Assembly: GCF_009914755.1 (NCBI RefSeq)
Contig: NC_060930.1
Origin: the human T2T-CHM13v2.0 reference genome, Homo sapiens
Direction: 5' to 3' (one strand)
DNA: 64,000 nucleotides
How positions within the stretch are numbered: the stretch's first letter is position 1; every line of letters begins with the position of its first letter. Position numbers and translations under genes: made by a program. Positions 36,144 to 49,201 of the stretch are shown piece by piece. Below the pieces are notes generated by a model, which saw only the letters and a program-made list of their open reading frames with translations, ran no database searches and was not told the origin of the DNA.

Positions 36144-36408
36144 ACACCCTCTCACACATCATCACTCACACACCCTCACTCTCAGCACACCCTTACAGCC
36201 TCTCACTCTCACACATCCTTACACACACCCTCATTCTCACACCCTCACACCTTCACTGACACACCCTCACCCTCACCCTCGTTTTCACCCTCACTCTCAC
36301 ACCCTCACACACCCTTGCTCATACACCTTACACCCTCACTGTCACACATCCTCACACACACCCTCACTCTCACACCCTTACACCTTCACTCACACACCCT
36401 CACCCTCA
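35925..36408. repeat. CA/CT-rich degenerate simple repeat (CTCACA/CTCACC)n
   Basis: ~480 bp almost devoid of G on the + strand. Confidence 0.9.
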
Positions 36409-37598
36409 AATTACCTAGTCCCCAAGTTGGGAGCTACTGTCTACTTCTGGTGGCCTCCGTCTCGGAAGTTGCCCTGCCATGTGATCTCTCTTCACATAGG
36501 TGTTAGGGGACTCATTTATCCTACAAATAGTTACTGAGTGCCTGTCCTGGCAGACAGGCTTCTCTCTGTCACGGGATTTATGTTCACACAGAGAGAGACG
36601 AGTGGCAAACAACTAAATACATTCCCCCTGCGTGCCATGCTGCAGACGAAACAAGGAGATGTGACTTGCAGAGGGGAAGGGTCCACTTTAGATGAGTGGT
36701 TTGGGGATGTATCTCTTGGAGAGGCGACATTTGGCTGAGGACCTGAGGAGGAGCCCTGAAAGCTGTGGGGTGGCTGCCCCAGGCCGCAGAACAGGGTGGG
36801 CCGCAGCCTGGGTGGGCGTCAGCATGGCGAGGTGGAGAGACAGCTGCGTCGCTGGAGGCCAGCGTGGCTGGAGATGAGCAGGCGTGGGCACGGCAGGAGG
36901 CAGAGCGAGCTCTTGAGTCCAGTTTCCATTCTGTGCTGGGAGACCGCCAGAGGGTCTTGAGCTGGGAGGTGAAAGGGTCTGGTGCACATGTTAATGAAGC
37001 CTTCTGGCTGAGGGTGGCATGTGGGAGGTGAGGTGGAAGGCAGGTGGGGGAGGAGCCTGTGGACCTGTGTCCCGAGGCCTCTGTTGTCATCTGTCACCGG
37101 CTGGGAGTCTGAACCAAAGATGTTGCCTTCGCTGCTGTGCAAAGTCACTGGAACTGACCGGGGAGGCGTCCCTGTGTCTGAAAGGGGAGCTGTGACGAAG
37201 GAGAAGCAGGCTTCCCTCGGGAGAGGGGCTCTGTCACAGGAGATGGTCTCGAAAACCTGAGTTACAAAAGCAAGAGCAGGGAGGAAATGTGCCAAGGAGG
37301 CTTCAAGGCCCCGAGTAGGGAGAGTGTGATGGGGCCCGCAGCAGGGTTCATCCTGTCCCTGCAGCCGGCCGGTGGGTCTAGCCCACCTAGATCCGAGACC
37401 AAAAACCAGAAGCAGGGGCTGTGTGTGTGTGTGCATGTGTGCATCTGTGCGTGCATCTGTGCATGTGTGTGGAAGTTCCCATGCAGAAATCATAGTGTAC
37501 AGACGGAAAGCTTGAATGGGGTGAACAGAGAATTCTCTGAAGCTAGTGCCGTTTTCGTGCATGTTTACATATTGTCTCTGCTCCTCTGTCTTGTTCAG

Positions 37599-37681
37599 CA
37601 TCGCCATCCTTTATTTGAGATTTGGGGCGCAAGTACTACAAGACAATTTTGTAGCAGAGCTGTCAACTCACTACCAGAATT
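37599..37681 (+). CDS. TMEM181: TMEM181 exon (IAILYLRFGAQVLQDNFVAELSTHYQN), followed by a U12 donor
   Basis: gttcag|C ... AATT|atatccttt; 83 nt, phase 2/1. Confidence 0.93.
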
Positions 37682-38920
37682 ATATCCTTTTCACTGGAGG
37701 GCCCTGGCTGCAGGACGCCTGCTTAGCATTGCAGCAGTTAGTGGCTCAGATTTGCCCCTCTCAAGAGGAGACAGGTCAGCTCCTCGCGCCCTGTTCTCCG
37801 GAGGCCTCGTCTCTGCTGAGAGGTGTCTCAGTTGGCCCCGCTGCAGCCGTGGGAAGGGGCAGCCTGTCCCTCCTCTGTACACAGGAAGCTTGGCTCAGTA
37901 GTTGCCCCAGGTCAGGTTTCGGGTGGCAGAGCCCGGCTCCAAACCCAGAGAGGCTGGCGCTCTGGAGCGTGCCCACGCCACGCTGCTTTCCACCCAGAGG
38001 GGCAGGTGCTGTGAGGTAAATGAGGTGCGGTTGCCTCTCCACACCGCGGGGCTCCAAGCCCCTACTGCCCTCCAGCAGAGCACTGTGGGGTGGCTGAGGG
38101 CTGCCGTGAGCCTCCTGTCTCCCCCCGGGATATCTCTCTCATCATCACGGAGATGTATCCAAGGGTATGACAGTCGTGGCAGGTTGAGCCTGTGTCTGTA
38201 GGGAAGAGCTCAGAAAATACTGGGACCCCCTTCGATTCCCGCTGTGCCTGAGGCCAGTGGCGCAGGGCTGTTGCCTCCCGGGAGCCCTGGCCTCGCCCAG
38301 AAGTCGGAGAGGTTAGGTATGTGCTTTCCACTCTTTGTTGGGGACACTTCAAGAGTTAATCCTTTAGATCCTGGGTTCTTTCTTTGGGATTTCTTATGTC
38401 CCAGTTAATGCATGAATTAATATACGATTTTTTCAAAGTTTTGTGACTGAATTTCACACTAAGCTTTTATCTGATTTTCATAGGGGTCTGTAATCCAGAA
38501 ATGTTCAGAGCAATTGGTTTGAGAGTTTGTTTCCAATTCTTTATTTCATTATTGTGTCTAGAGACCTTGATTCACCGTATGCCCGTGGCCTTCCTGCCCT
38601 TTTCATGTAACTTGATCTCTTCTGGCCCTGCCCTCGGTGCTGGTGACAGGAGCGCCACCAGATGGCTCAGTGGGTCCAGGTTTCCACTGATGTGAGAGGC
38701 CATAGTTCACCTGTTATTTACTGTGACCTCGAAGAGTGCTTGTGACCCCTGGCTGTGGGCTTGAACTGTGGAGTCCTGACGTCTGGGTAATGGACCCCCG
38801 GGCACTGGCGGGTGCTTGGCACTAGAAGGGGCTGCTGATGGCGGGAGGAGTGGTCGGGCTGTAGGCAGAGCCTCTGACTGATGTGTCCAGATGCCGCGTT
38901 CCTTCCCTTGACAGCACCAC
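37682..38920 (+). other. TMEM181: U12-type (minor spliceosome) AT-AC intron of TMEM181
   Basis: 5' end is ATATCCTTT (U12 consensus). Branch-site-like TTCCCTTGAC at 38903-38912, no polypyrimidine tract, ends in CAC. Joining T|CA gives Ser and keeps the frame (HYQN-S-AEFL). Confidence 0.92.
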
Positions 38921-39010
38921 CAGCCGAGTTCTTATCTTTCTATGGCCTGTTGAACTTCTATCTCTACACCTTGGCCTTTGTATATTCTCCATCGAAGAAT
39001 GCCCTCTATG
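38921..39010 (+). CDS. TMEM181: TMEM181 exon (SAEFLSFYGLLNFYLYTLAFVYSPSKNALY)
   Basis: caccac|CA ... TATG|gtaagc; 90 nt, phase 1/1. Confidence 0.93.
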
Positions 39011-39245
39011 GTAAGCCACCCTGGGGTCTGGACTGCTGGCCAGTTAGTGGGCACAGAGGCCTGTGTTCATCCACGACCCACTTCCCGGGTTTCCCATTCA
39101 TGTGGGCGCTGTGATTCCCAGTGACTTCTCTTGGCAGAGAGAGAGTGAGTTGAAATGTCGAGCTCTGAGGTGAGTTGGGGCCCAGCATATGTAGAACCTG
39201 CGTTGTGTCATTCCCACAGAGTTGACACACTCATTTTATTAGTGT

Positions 39246-39886
39246 CAGTCCCCAGCTTTTGCTGTTCAGTTTGGGATTTTTTGACTTTACAATGATGCAA
39301 AAGCAATGCACATTCAGGAGAAATCACACTTTGAATACCCAAACCACCATTCTGTTTTTCACTTTCAGTACAGCATTCAGCAAATTCATGAGAGAGTCAC
39401 CATTTATTACAAAACAGGCTTTGATCCTTTGATCCCAGCACTTCTGGAGGCCAAGGCGGGAGGATTGTTTGAGGCTGGGAGTTTGAAACCAGCCTGGGGA
39501 ACAAAATAGGGACCCCATCTCTCCAAAAATTTAAAAATTAGACAGGTGTGGTGACATGTGCCTGTAGTCCTAGCTACTCGGTTGGCTGAGGAGGGACGGT
39601 CGCTTGAGCCCAAGAGGAGAGGCTGCAGTGAGCTATGACACCACTACACTCCAACCTCGGTGACAGAATGAGACCCTGTCTCTTAAAAAAAAATTAAATA
39701 AAATAGGCTTTGCATTAGATGATTTTGCCCAACTATAGGCTAATGTAGTAACACTTAAGGCAGAATAGGCTAAGCTGCAATGTTCGGTGCCTTAGCTGTA
39801 GTTGATGCGTTTTTGACTTCACGATATTTTCAACCTGACGATGGGTTTATCAGGACATAACCCCATCGTAAGTCAAGGAGCATCTG
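39246..39886 (-). mobile_element. MER47A/Tigger5-like DNA transposon interrupted by a 5'-truncated AluJ (+, 39424-39703)
   Basis: Ends ...cccatcgtaagtcaaggagcatctg|TA; Alu TSD aaa(c/t)aggcttt. Confidence 0.75.
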
Positions 39887-40513
39887 TAGTAGTGTTGTTA
39901 CCATTAAAAAAAAAAAAAGCCAAAACATACAAAAAGTCACCTAATAGTGAAACCAAAACAACCCTCTTGCACAGGGAATGAAAAGGATGGGAACTCTCTA
40001 GAACATAGGCAGCCCCCCGCACCCCCCGACATCTTATAGTGGGCTAGCACTTGCCCAGCACCTTCACAAACGGCGTCTCACTTAAGCTTCACAGCAACTT
40101 TATGATAAACATATAATCATGCCCGTTTTACAGAAGCAGCAGCTCGCTGCACGTCCAAGGACTGGGCGGGGGCAGGCAGGGCAGAGCCACCTCTCCTGGG
40201 GCCTATGTTCAGCTCCCCACTCCTTGTGTCAACAGGAGGCAGCTCGTGCGTGGGCAATGGCAGCCTGCCTGCTCCTTCCCACAGGCCGCCTCCCTCAGCC
40301 TTCAGGACGTCCCTGCCAGGCAGGCCAGGCCAGCCCTGTCTTGTAGATGAGAAAACAGCCTCACGAGATGTGTTCAGGTTTATACAGACATGGCAGCTCT
40401 GCGATTTGAGTCCAGTTCTTTCCAACTCCCTTCCTTTGTCCGGGACAGCATCCTGCCTGTCCAGGCTCATCACGTCAATTGCTTGAGATGCAAATGCTCT
40501 TGTTGGTTTTCAG

Positions 40514-40580
40514 AGTCCCAGCTGAAAGACAATCCTGCCTTCTCCATGCTGAATGACTCGGATGATGATGTGATTTATGG
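40514..40580 (+). CDS. TMEM181: TMEM181 exon (ESQLKDNPAFSMLNDSDDDVIYG)
   Basis: ttttcag|AG ... TGG|gtaagt; 67 nt, phase 1/2. Confidence 0.95.
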
Positions 40581-41000
40581 GTAAGTCCCTGTCCGTTAGA
40601 AGGCCGGCACACCTTGGGCATCCCGGCACGGCCTTGCATGTTTCTGAATGGGTTACTCTTCTAAAATTATTTTCAAGGTATGAAGGCATTTACCTTGGAG
40701 TGTCAAGTGGCTCGTGGTTTTCTGTTTTCACAGTATTCAGGCTTAGATGTGGTAGTAGTCCTTTCTGCTGGCTACCTGTAGGGCGTGCTGGCCACGGGAA
40801 GAACTGTGCTTTCTGGACTGATGGGCCCTGGGAACTGGGGGTCAGGGAGAGGAGGACGGGGTGAGCAGTAGCAGTTGGTGATAGAAAATTGAAAGAGCGA
40901 AGCTATGATTTAATTCCTGCTGGAATGGTGTGTCAGTGTGGAAGAGGAAAATAAAGAGCTGTCAGAAGTTAGACGGTCTCAAAGGTCTCTTTGCTCACAG

Positions 41001-41079
41001 GAGTGACTATGAGGAAATGCCGCTGCAGAACGGCCAGGCCATCCGGGCCAAGTACAAGGAGGAGTCAGATAGTGACTGA
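41001..41079 (+). CDS. TMEM181: TMEM181 last coding exon (SDYEEMPLQNGQAIRAKYKEESDSD*)
   Basis: ctcacag|G AGT GAC ... GAC TGA; stop at 41077-41079. Confidence 0.95.
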
Positions 41080-44000
41080 GCCCCGGCCAGCCCAGCGAGG
41101 CGACAAGATGCCTGGATGCTTTCCCCGGTGACCGTCTGCTGACCTTCCCCTGTTATATTCAGATTTTTCTTACAAGCAGAGATTTCCTGTTCATTTGTTT
41201 ACATATTTTTTTAAAGGAAAACCAAAACTGAGGGTAAATTTAAATGTTTAGCCAAATTTATTGTCATGGTGGCTACGAGAAGAGGCATTGATAACAAGTT
41301 TCAACAGCCAAATCCTTTTTTACAGAGATTTCAGATGAGCGTGTTTTCAGTGATGAGGAAATTTCACGTTTTTAGTACAGTGAATTATGTACTTTTTTTT
41401 CCTGTAATCATTCACTGATTCCAAGTTCACGGGCAGCCTGTGACTAGGTCCTCAGCGTGACAGCATCACCCTCTTTCTTCCCTTTTCCATGGTACTGTTT
41501 TGTGACCCTTTAAACTCAAAGGGAAGCCTTATCTGTGGCTGCTTCAGGGCAGTCCTTCCTCGTTGAGTGGCCAGTGCCCTGGGTAACCAGGTGGCTGAAG
41601 TGATTGGTCAGTTATGTGGACTGCGTTTTGTGCAGTGTGTGAGTTATGACTCATCGGGAATGGGAGATGCTGGGGTTCCAACCCTTCACGTCACCAAAGG
41701 GGAAGTAATAGTGTGGAGTTCTGAGGAGGGTTTGATAAGTTGAATAAGGAAAGGCTAAGATAATTTACAGGTTACCAACTCATGTGGGGAAGGTCTTACT
41801 GCCATGGTGCTTTTCAGGGGCCTGTGTGTACACACATGATTAAATGGATTTGCCTGTGGGAGGTATGGGCAGGAGAGGAACCCTTACCATTCCAGTAAAT
41901 AGCAGTTTCTGCAATTCTGTTGAATATGAAATGCCATAGAGCTTTATTTATTTATGTAAGTAAAAGCTAAATGAGGGGCCAGGTGCAGTGGCTCACATCT
42001 GTAATCTCAACACTTTGGGAGGCCAAGGTGGGAGGATCACTTGAGCCCAGGAGTTTGAGACCAGCCTGGGCAACACAGGGAGACCCCGTCTCTATAAAAC
42101 ATTTAGAAAGTTGGCTGGGCATGCTGGGGCATGCCCATAGTCCCAGCTACTCAGGAGGCTGAGGTGGGAGGATTGCTTGAGCCCTGGAGGTCAAGGCTGC
42201 AGTGAGCCATGATTGCACCACTGCACTCCAGCCTGGGTGTCAGAGCGAGAACCCGTGTCATAAATAAATAAAGCTACATGAAAGATTGATAGAATATTTT
42301 AGATTATTTATTGGCCAAAAGTTTTTAAAACTCATATTTGGAAGCAAAATGAAAAGCAAGTAAAATGTTTTAAATGGTTCATGGAAAACGTATTTGGGTA
42401 GAAGGCAACTCGTGCTTCCGGAAGGGGTTCCCTGTCCTCCATGTGTCCACATGGCGGTCAGGTAGGGACGACCTGTTCTGTAAAGTCCTTGGCACTGCTG
42501 AATCTGTGGCATCATAGAAGGCCCTGGAGCTTCCCCGTTCCTTTCAGTCAGGGACTCCATATAGAGTCTCATGTGGACGTCTCCCGTGCTTTCCTCTTGA
42601 CCTCTACAGTCACACTTCTGTTAACATCTGGTAACTGTGGGCAACCTGACTGATGCCGTCTTGGCAATTGAGGTCCAGAAGATGATAGTTCCGCAACGCA
42701 AGCAGTACCTACTTTTTTTCTTCATCTATGCATTGACTCTCAGATTACCATGCAGAGCTTCACGTTATCATCCACGTTAAGTAGTGCTAGGTAGGACCTT
42801 AGAGATGTTCATGAGAAACTATTTGTTATGACTTTCCTTTGTATCTTTCCTTTTAATTTAAACTTTAATGATAATGTACTTTTAATATGGATTCTATTCA
42901 CATTTGTTTTAAAAACCTTGTAAATATGAATGTTTAAGACAACTTACTGCAAGGGTAATTCAAGTTTACATGATTTTTAAATTTGCAATGATGTTTTTTT
43001 TATTCTGTGTATTGAAAAAAATTTTCTGTTACCAAATTTTACAACTTCTAATAAGACTACTATAACTTTATGTAAACTGATGAAGATGTGCTGATTAACA
43101 TATTCTGTGATATGGTTTACAACTTTTAATCATAATTGTCCATGATTTTGGAATGCTGTTATTTATCAGTAAATGTAAAATATTTGAGGCATTTAGCCAT
43201 ACACACACTAGAACTTTTTAAAACTTTGTCCTATAGTGTAATTATAAACTGATGACTATTATCTTCATACATTGAGTCTTCATGCATCAATGAAATGAAA
43301 AATATAGGATTATTTATTTACTTTTTGTAACTAAGTGGGAAATAAGAAAAAAAGTTAGAAAGTACTTAAGGGGAAAATCGTTCTTACTAAGTCATGTATT
43401 TTCAACTTGTCTTCCCTGGTATATCATAAATACCGACATATTACATACCCCATGTAAAATTTTGCTTAAACTCTCTAGCACTTGGCATGTAGAATATGTA
43501 CCATAGGTATCAGGTTAAAACACTAAAGTCTGCCAGAAACTTTTGACAGTAGCAAGAAAATTGTTGAAGAAAAAATAAATTATTTACTGAGGGTAGTTAT
43601 GTTAAAGTTTTGCGAACTTAAAGGGCTGACTTTAGTTCCTTCATGGTAATGGCTTGAGTAACATCATCTTTGGGATTTTTTAAATACTGGTCCAGTCTAG
43701 GAGAACCTGGAAGATGACCAGAGGTATTTCAGTTTCCCTAGGGAGAGCTTCGTTATCCATGTGGATGATAAGTCTGCTTGATTTATTATTAAATCATTAT
43801 AGCAGTGAAGTGGTGCCATTTTCTCTCTCTTAAGCCCCATTTGAAAGGCTAGAGAAGGGGATATATATACTATGTTCAAGGTTTGTAAGGTTGTTAATGT
43901 ACATAATTGCAGATTGCAATAAAAGCTTAGATACATTTTGTAAACCCAACCCACTAAATGAGCAGGTTACAAGACAAATGTCACCAGCCTCAAGTATTTT

Positions 44001-44620
44001 ATGAACTATTTACTGAGGGTAGTTATGTTAAATAGATTATAATGTGGTAAATTATTTCCTGAATCCTTTATCACAGGAAAAACACAGACCCTCATAAAAG
44101 GGATAATTAAAACGGATGTGTCTGAACATTTAGTGAAGATGAGACTTAAAACATGAAAGTGTATTTGTGTATTTTGAGGGTTTTAGAAACCGGTTGCCTT
44201 AGAGGTTAGACTTTTGAAGAAAAAAAAAAAAAGATACAGATCTTTTCCCCTGGCCAAAGGGAAGTTGTATTAGTCTGTGACATCTTGTGATGCTGTTTAT
44301 CTTGGTTTGACATTGGAGATACGCTAGTAACTGTGATACCATACTATAAAACAGAAGAATTTTCTGCTACTAAAAACTGCCTTTTTACAAAATGACTGTA
44401 AATATTTGTAAAATAAAATAACACTAAACTTTAAGCCCAAAAGGAGAGATAGAGCCATGTGTTCAGTTGTGGACCTGTCCGTGGGGCACAGTGCCACCCC
44501 ATCACAGTGTTGCTGTCATCAGGCAAAAGTGAATGTTTGTTTATGGCAAATTCGTCTTTTGCGAATGGCTTAATTCTGACACTACCTTTCTGGGAAATGT
44601 TAATAAATTTTTAATATTCA
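41080..44620 (+). other. TMEM181: TMEM181 3'UTR (~3.5 kb, AU-rich, contains a sense Alu)
   Basis: Runs from the stop codon to AATAAA at 44602; exact 3' end is inferred. Confidence 0.75.
41977..42272 (+). mobile_element. AluJ within the TMEM181 3'UTR (sense)
   Basis: Alu dimer; tail (TAAA)n; TSD-like aaagcta. Confidence 0.88.
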
Positions 44621-44660
44621 CTTCTATGTGTCTTGATTTGTTTGCTCTTTGTGTGTGGAG
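44602..44660 (+). terminator. TMEM181 likely main polyadenylation signal and GU-rich downstream element
   Basis: AATAAA at 44602-44607, CA at ~44619-44620, then tatgtgtcttgatttgtttg. Other AATAAA hexamers at 43918, 44412 and 44691. Confidence 0.7.
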
Positions 44661-45240
44661 TTAATTTGGCCTTGCAGACATAAATGCTTTAATAAAGCGG
44701 CTTTGGAGACAACGGCAGGGCTTTTCCATTTCAGCAGGCAGGCACGGAGGTATCTTTATTGCCATGTCTAATGTGGCCTGGGGAAGAGCACTCAAGATGG
44801 AGACAAGGCGTGGGTTTGGGCCCAGCTCCCAACTTGGATGTGTGACTTTAAACCAATCAGATAACCTCCAAACACATTTTCTGAGATTTTTAAATGACTG
44901 CAAATTGTTGAAGACACAGAATGAATGATTGTGAAAACCATTTTGTAAGCTCTGAAGTACTAAGACAATTTGTGAGCCCTACAGAGAACACAGGATTAAC
45001 AGTTAAGGTGTTACAGCTTTGGGCCAAGTGTGAGTTAGAGCTCTCTGGCTAAGAGAATAGAAATTGGTTTGCCCACCTCCCACCCCTTCACCTCTAGAAG
45101 AGGAGGGCTTAAGAATGGGAGGTGTGATGCCGAGGGGTAGGAATCTAACCAGAACCCAGCAGAGCCGTCAGGATCCTGGTCCCACGGGTAAAATGAGTAC
45201 ATCATGGAGAGGACCACAGCAGAACTTTTTTTTTTTTGGT

Positions 45241-45242
<2 letters not shown>

Positions 45243-45322
<80 letters not shown>
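45243..45322. repeat. (TA)~24 + poly(T) tract (Alu tail-derived)
   Basis: Directly visible. Confidence 0.95.
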
Positions 45323-45324
<2 letters not shown>

Positions 45325-45617
45325 AGGCGGACTCTTGCTCTTGTCACCCAGGCTGGAGTGCAGTGGCGGGAACTTGGCTCACGATCTTGGCTCACTACAA
45401 CCTCTGCCTCCTGGGTTCATGCCACTCTCCTGCCTCAGCCTCCCGAGTAGCTGGGACTACAGGCGCCCGCCACCACACCTGGCTAATTTTTGGTATTTTT
45501 AGTAGAGACGGGGTTTCACCGTGTTAGACAGGATGGTCTTGATCTCCTGACCTCATGATCCGCCTGCCTCAGCCTCCCAAAGTGGTGGGATTACAGGTGT
45601 GAGCCACTGCGCCTGGT
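45291..45617 (-). mobile_element. AluY-like between the TMEM181 and DYNLT1 3' ends
   Basis: Antisense Alu; TSD-like tggttgtata. Confidence 0.88.
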
Positions 45618-45712
45618 CTGGTTGTATAGATTCTGTAGCCACTCACTATGAAGAAATCGTTTATGATACTATGCAGACTATGAAGAACACAACAGACTTT
45701 AGATTTGAATAA

Positions 45713-45718
45713 TTTATT
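45713..45718 (-). terminator. DYNLT1 polyadenylation signal
   Basis: TTTATT on + (AATAAA on -), ~335 nt downstream of the DYNLT1 stop. Confidence 0.75.
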
Positions 45719-46050
45719 CTAACAAAAGTATAAAGTATGGAAAATTAGTGTATTTGAATCATTTCAGAGAGTAGAGCAAGTTTCACACTAGCAGATTTCA
45801 GATTTTAGCACCTTTGAAATGAAATATTCAGAGTTAAGACAAGTGGCAACGCAGGCTGCAGGTGACCTACAGGGATACTCATCTGACTTCGGTGCCATTC
45901 ACATCACAGTGCGGTCATTTGGTTTTTTCCTCTACATTGTGAAAGTGCCACAAAACAAAGAGAATGAGAAAAGAGTTCACTGAATTCATGGCTGGTGGTT
46001 AGAGGATGAACTAGAGACAAAAGGAGAAAGGCCATAGGCTGGACTGCAGG

Positions 46051-46179
<129 letters not shown>

Positions 46180-46214
46180 TCACAATAAGGCCAACATTCA
46201 AGTACCCATCTCTA

Positions 46215-46430
<216 letters not shown>

Positions 46431-46590
46431 TTAAGTTAAAACAAATTTTTGTTAGAGAAGTCTACTGGGTAACACAAATGTCATTCTGTCCACTTTTAGC
46501 AAACGTACAATGTATGTAGCTCCACGTGGTTGATGTTCTCGATAAAAATTATAGGGACAGATTGCCTTGTCTCACTATATTGACAAATTA

Positions 46591-46738
46591 TAGGTGCTCC
46601 TTGACTTACAACATCCCATAAACCCATTATAAATCAACAATATATGAAAATGTAAGTTGCAAATGCACTTAATACCCTGGTAAATCCATCAAAGTTGAAA
46701 AATTCTAAGTTGAGCCACTGTCAGCTGGGGGCTGTCCA
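46591..46738 (+). mobile_element. Short MER47/Tigger5-like MITE in DYNLT1 intron 3
   Basis: aggtgctccttgacttac...aaagttgaaaaattctaagttgagcca...ggggctgtc. Confidence 0.55.
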
Positions 46739-46911
46739 CACTTCCTCTATGCTTCACTTGTTCTAAAAGCATCTGATGGGACCTCCTGTAAGATCCCGCT
46801 TCACATACGATCTGCAATTGTACCAGCAGCCAAATGGTCAAGCGTACGCTAACGTATACTACACACACGACCGACTCCCACCAGGAGCCTTCCTTGAGTT
46901 GAGCCACGTTA

Positions 46912-47118
<207 letters not shown>

Positions 47119-47647
47119 CTAGAAAACAAAGCACAAAGCGCGTCCCGGTTAACCAAATGCACCCACACCACCTTTCAATCAGGAACTGACGGCACCCCAA
47201 GAAGTGATTTATGAAAAGTTTATTTTTAATCATGAGGGTGCCTTTGCAAATATACTTTTAATAGCATTATATTTCATTTAAATAAGTTTGAAATTTGCTT
47301 CAAAAATTCATAGTCTGTCAAATTATTTACACATTTTGACCTAATAATCACATTTCATGTTCACTACTATTAATACATTTTTTTTCCTGTTGAGGCTAGA
47401 AAGTATTTTGCCTATTCATTTCTTAAAAGTATATTACTTTTATCTACTACTACCTAACATACACTAATACTATATATTAGATGAATTGTATTTGTACAAC
47501 TGACAATATACAAAGCTATCCAAATAATCATATATTAAAAAATACTTTTATCCAGCATTGTCTGAGAACATGTTACCACATTAAGTGCATTTTTCAGATA
47601 ACTAAAAGCCCTTTATATTCCAAAACTTATTTTAGGTTTATGATGAG

Positions 47648-47977
47648 ATTTTTTTATTTTTACTTTTCTGAGGCAGGGTGTCATGTTGCCCAGGCTGGAG
47701 AGCAGTGATGGAATCTTGGCTCACTGCAGCCTTGACCTCCTGGGCTCAAGCAATCCTCCCACCTCAGCTTCCCTCCTGGGCTCAAGCAATCCTCCCACCT
47801 CAGCTTGTCCAGTAGCTGGGACTGCAGGCATGTGCCACCACGCCTGGCTAGTTTTTTGTAGAGATGGGGTCTTGCTCTGTTGCCCAGGCTGCTCTCAAAT
47901 GCCTGGGCTCAAGTGATCCTCCTGCCTCAGCCTCCTAAAGTGCTGGGATTACAGGCATAAGCCACAGCACCCAGCCC
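47648..47977 (-). mobile_element. AluJ with an internal ~36-bp tandem duplication
   Basis: cctcctgggctcaagcaatcctcccacctcagctt present twice (~47736-47806). Confidence 0.85.
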
Positions 47978-48594
47978 AACTTTTTTTCTTTATTATACGT
48001 TTACTTCTTTATCTATGCTGTATTCTTTGGGGGTTATCTGACAATGCAAGCTCATTGTCGCTGCTCTTGCTAAGCTTATCATTATGATATTGCCATTGTA
48101 TGATTTTCTGAGTTTTTCATTGTCAGCTCCCCTTTCACATGGATGCCAGTGTGCTTGCATCTCAGCAACTTTATTCTCTACCCCTAACTTGCTGTGCTGG
48201 AAACCAGGAACCTGAGTTTCTATGACAGTTATGACCTAAAGTGAAAATAACAACATTCAGTGAGGGCCAAGGTCTGTCCTCAGACAGGCAGAGCAAACCA
48301 GCAGTCCAGGGATCTGAGCTGTGCATGGTGGTGATGGACTGGGATCTGATGCCTGGGGCTTAGATCTGGCGACCTTGCTTTTGAGGACCTAAAACCTCCC
48401 TAGGTCACTCTGATTTCTACCCACTGACCTGCTGATCATCTCCCTGAGACTCTTGAGTAGTCACGTTACACATAGGGCTGGCTTACTTCTTGTCCTCGGC
48501 CACTGTGCTCCCTCCCAGCTCAGAGGCTACAAGAGGGCTGGGGGGCCAGAAGTCCCGGTTTAAGAGAACAGCAGTATTACTAGACCTGGGCATT

Positions 48595-48678
48595 GTCAAA
48601 GGGTAGGGGGGGCTTTGTTCAAGCTAAACCTCTCCCGTCAAAGGGTGGGGGAGGCTTTGTTGAAGGTAAACCTCTCCC
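48595..48678. repeat. 42-bp tandem duplication
   Basis: gtcaaagggt.ggg..ggctttgtt.aag.taaacctctccc at 48595 and 48637. Confidence 0.85.
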
Positions 48679-48785
48679 TCCGCCAGCTCTCCCTCCGCAC
48701 ATACTTTGAAATTCAGTTTTTCAAGGAGGAGGGAACCCTCCACCAATTTTGGACCTGCGCAAATTGACTACTACCCAATATTTAG

Positions 48786-49201
<416 letters not shown>

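Noticed and set aside
36819-37901. Long ORFs (262 aa on -, 204 aa on +) as novel genes
   Set aside because: GC-rich intronic frames with non-ATG or weak starts, a (GT)n-derived low-complexity stretch and no recognisable domain.
45064-45527. ORFs with [14 protein letters not shown] runs
   Set aside because: Translations of the (TA)n/poly(T) tract and Alu.
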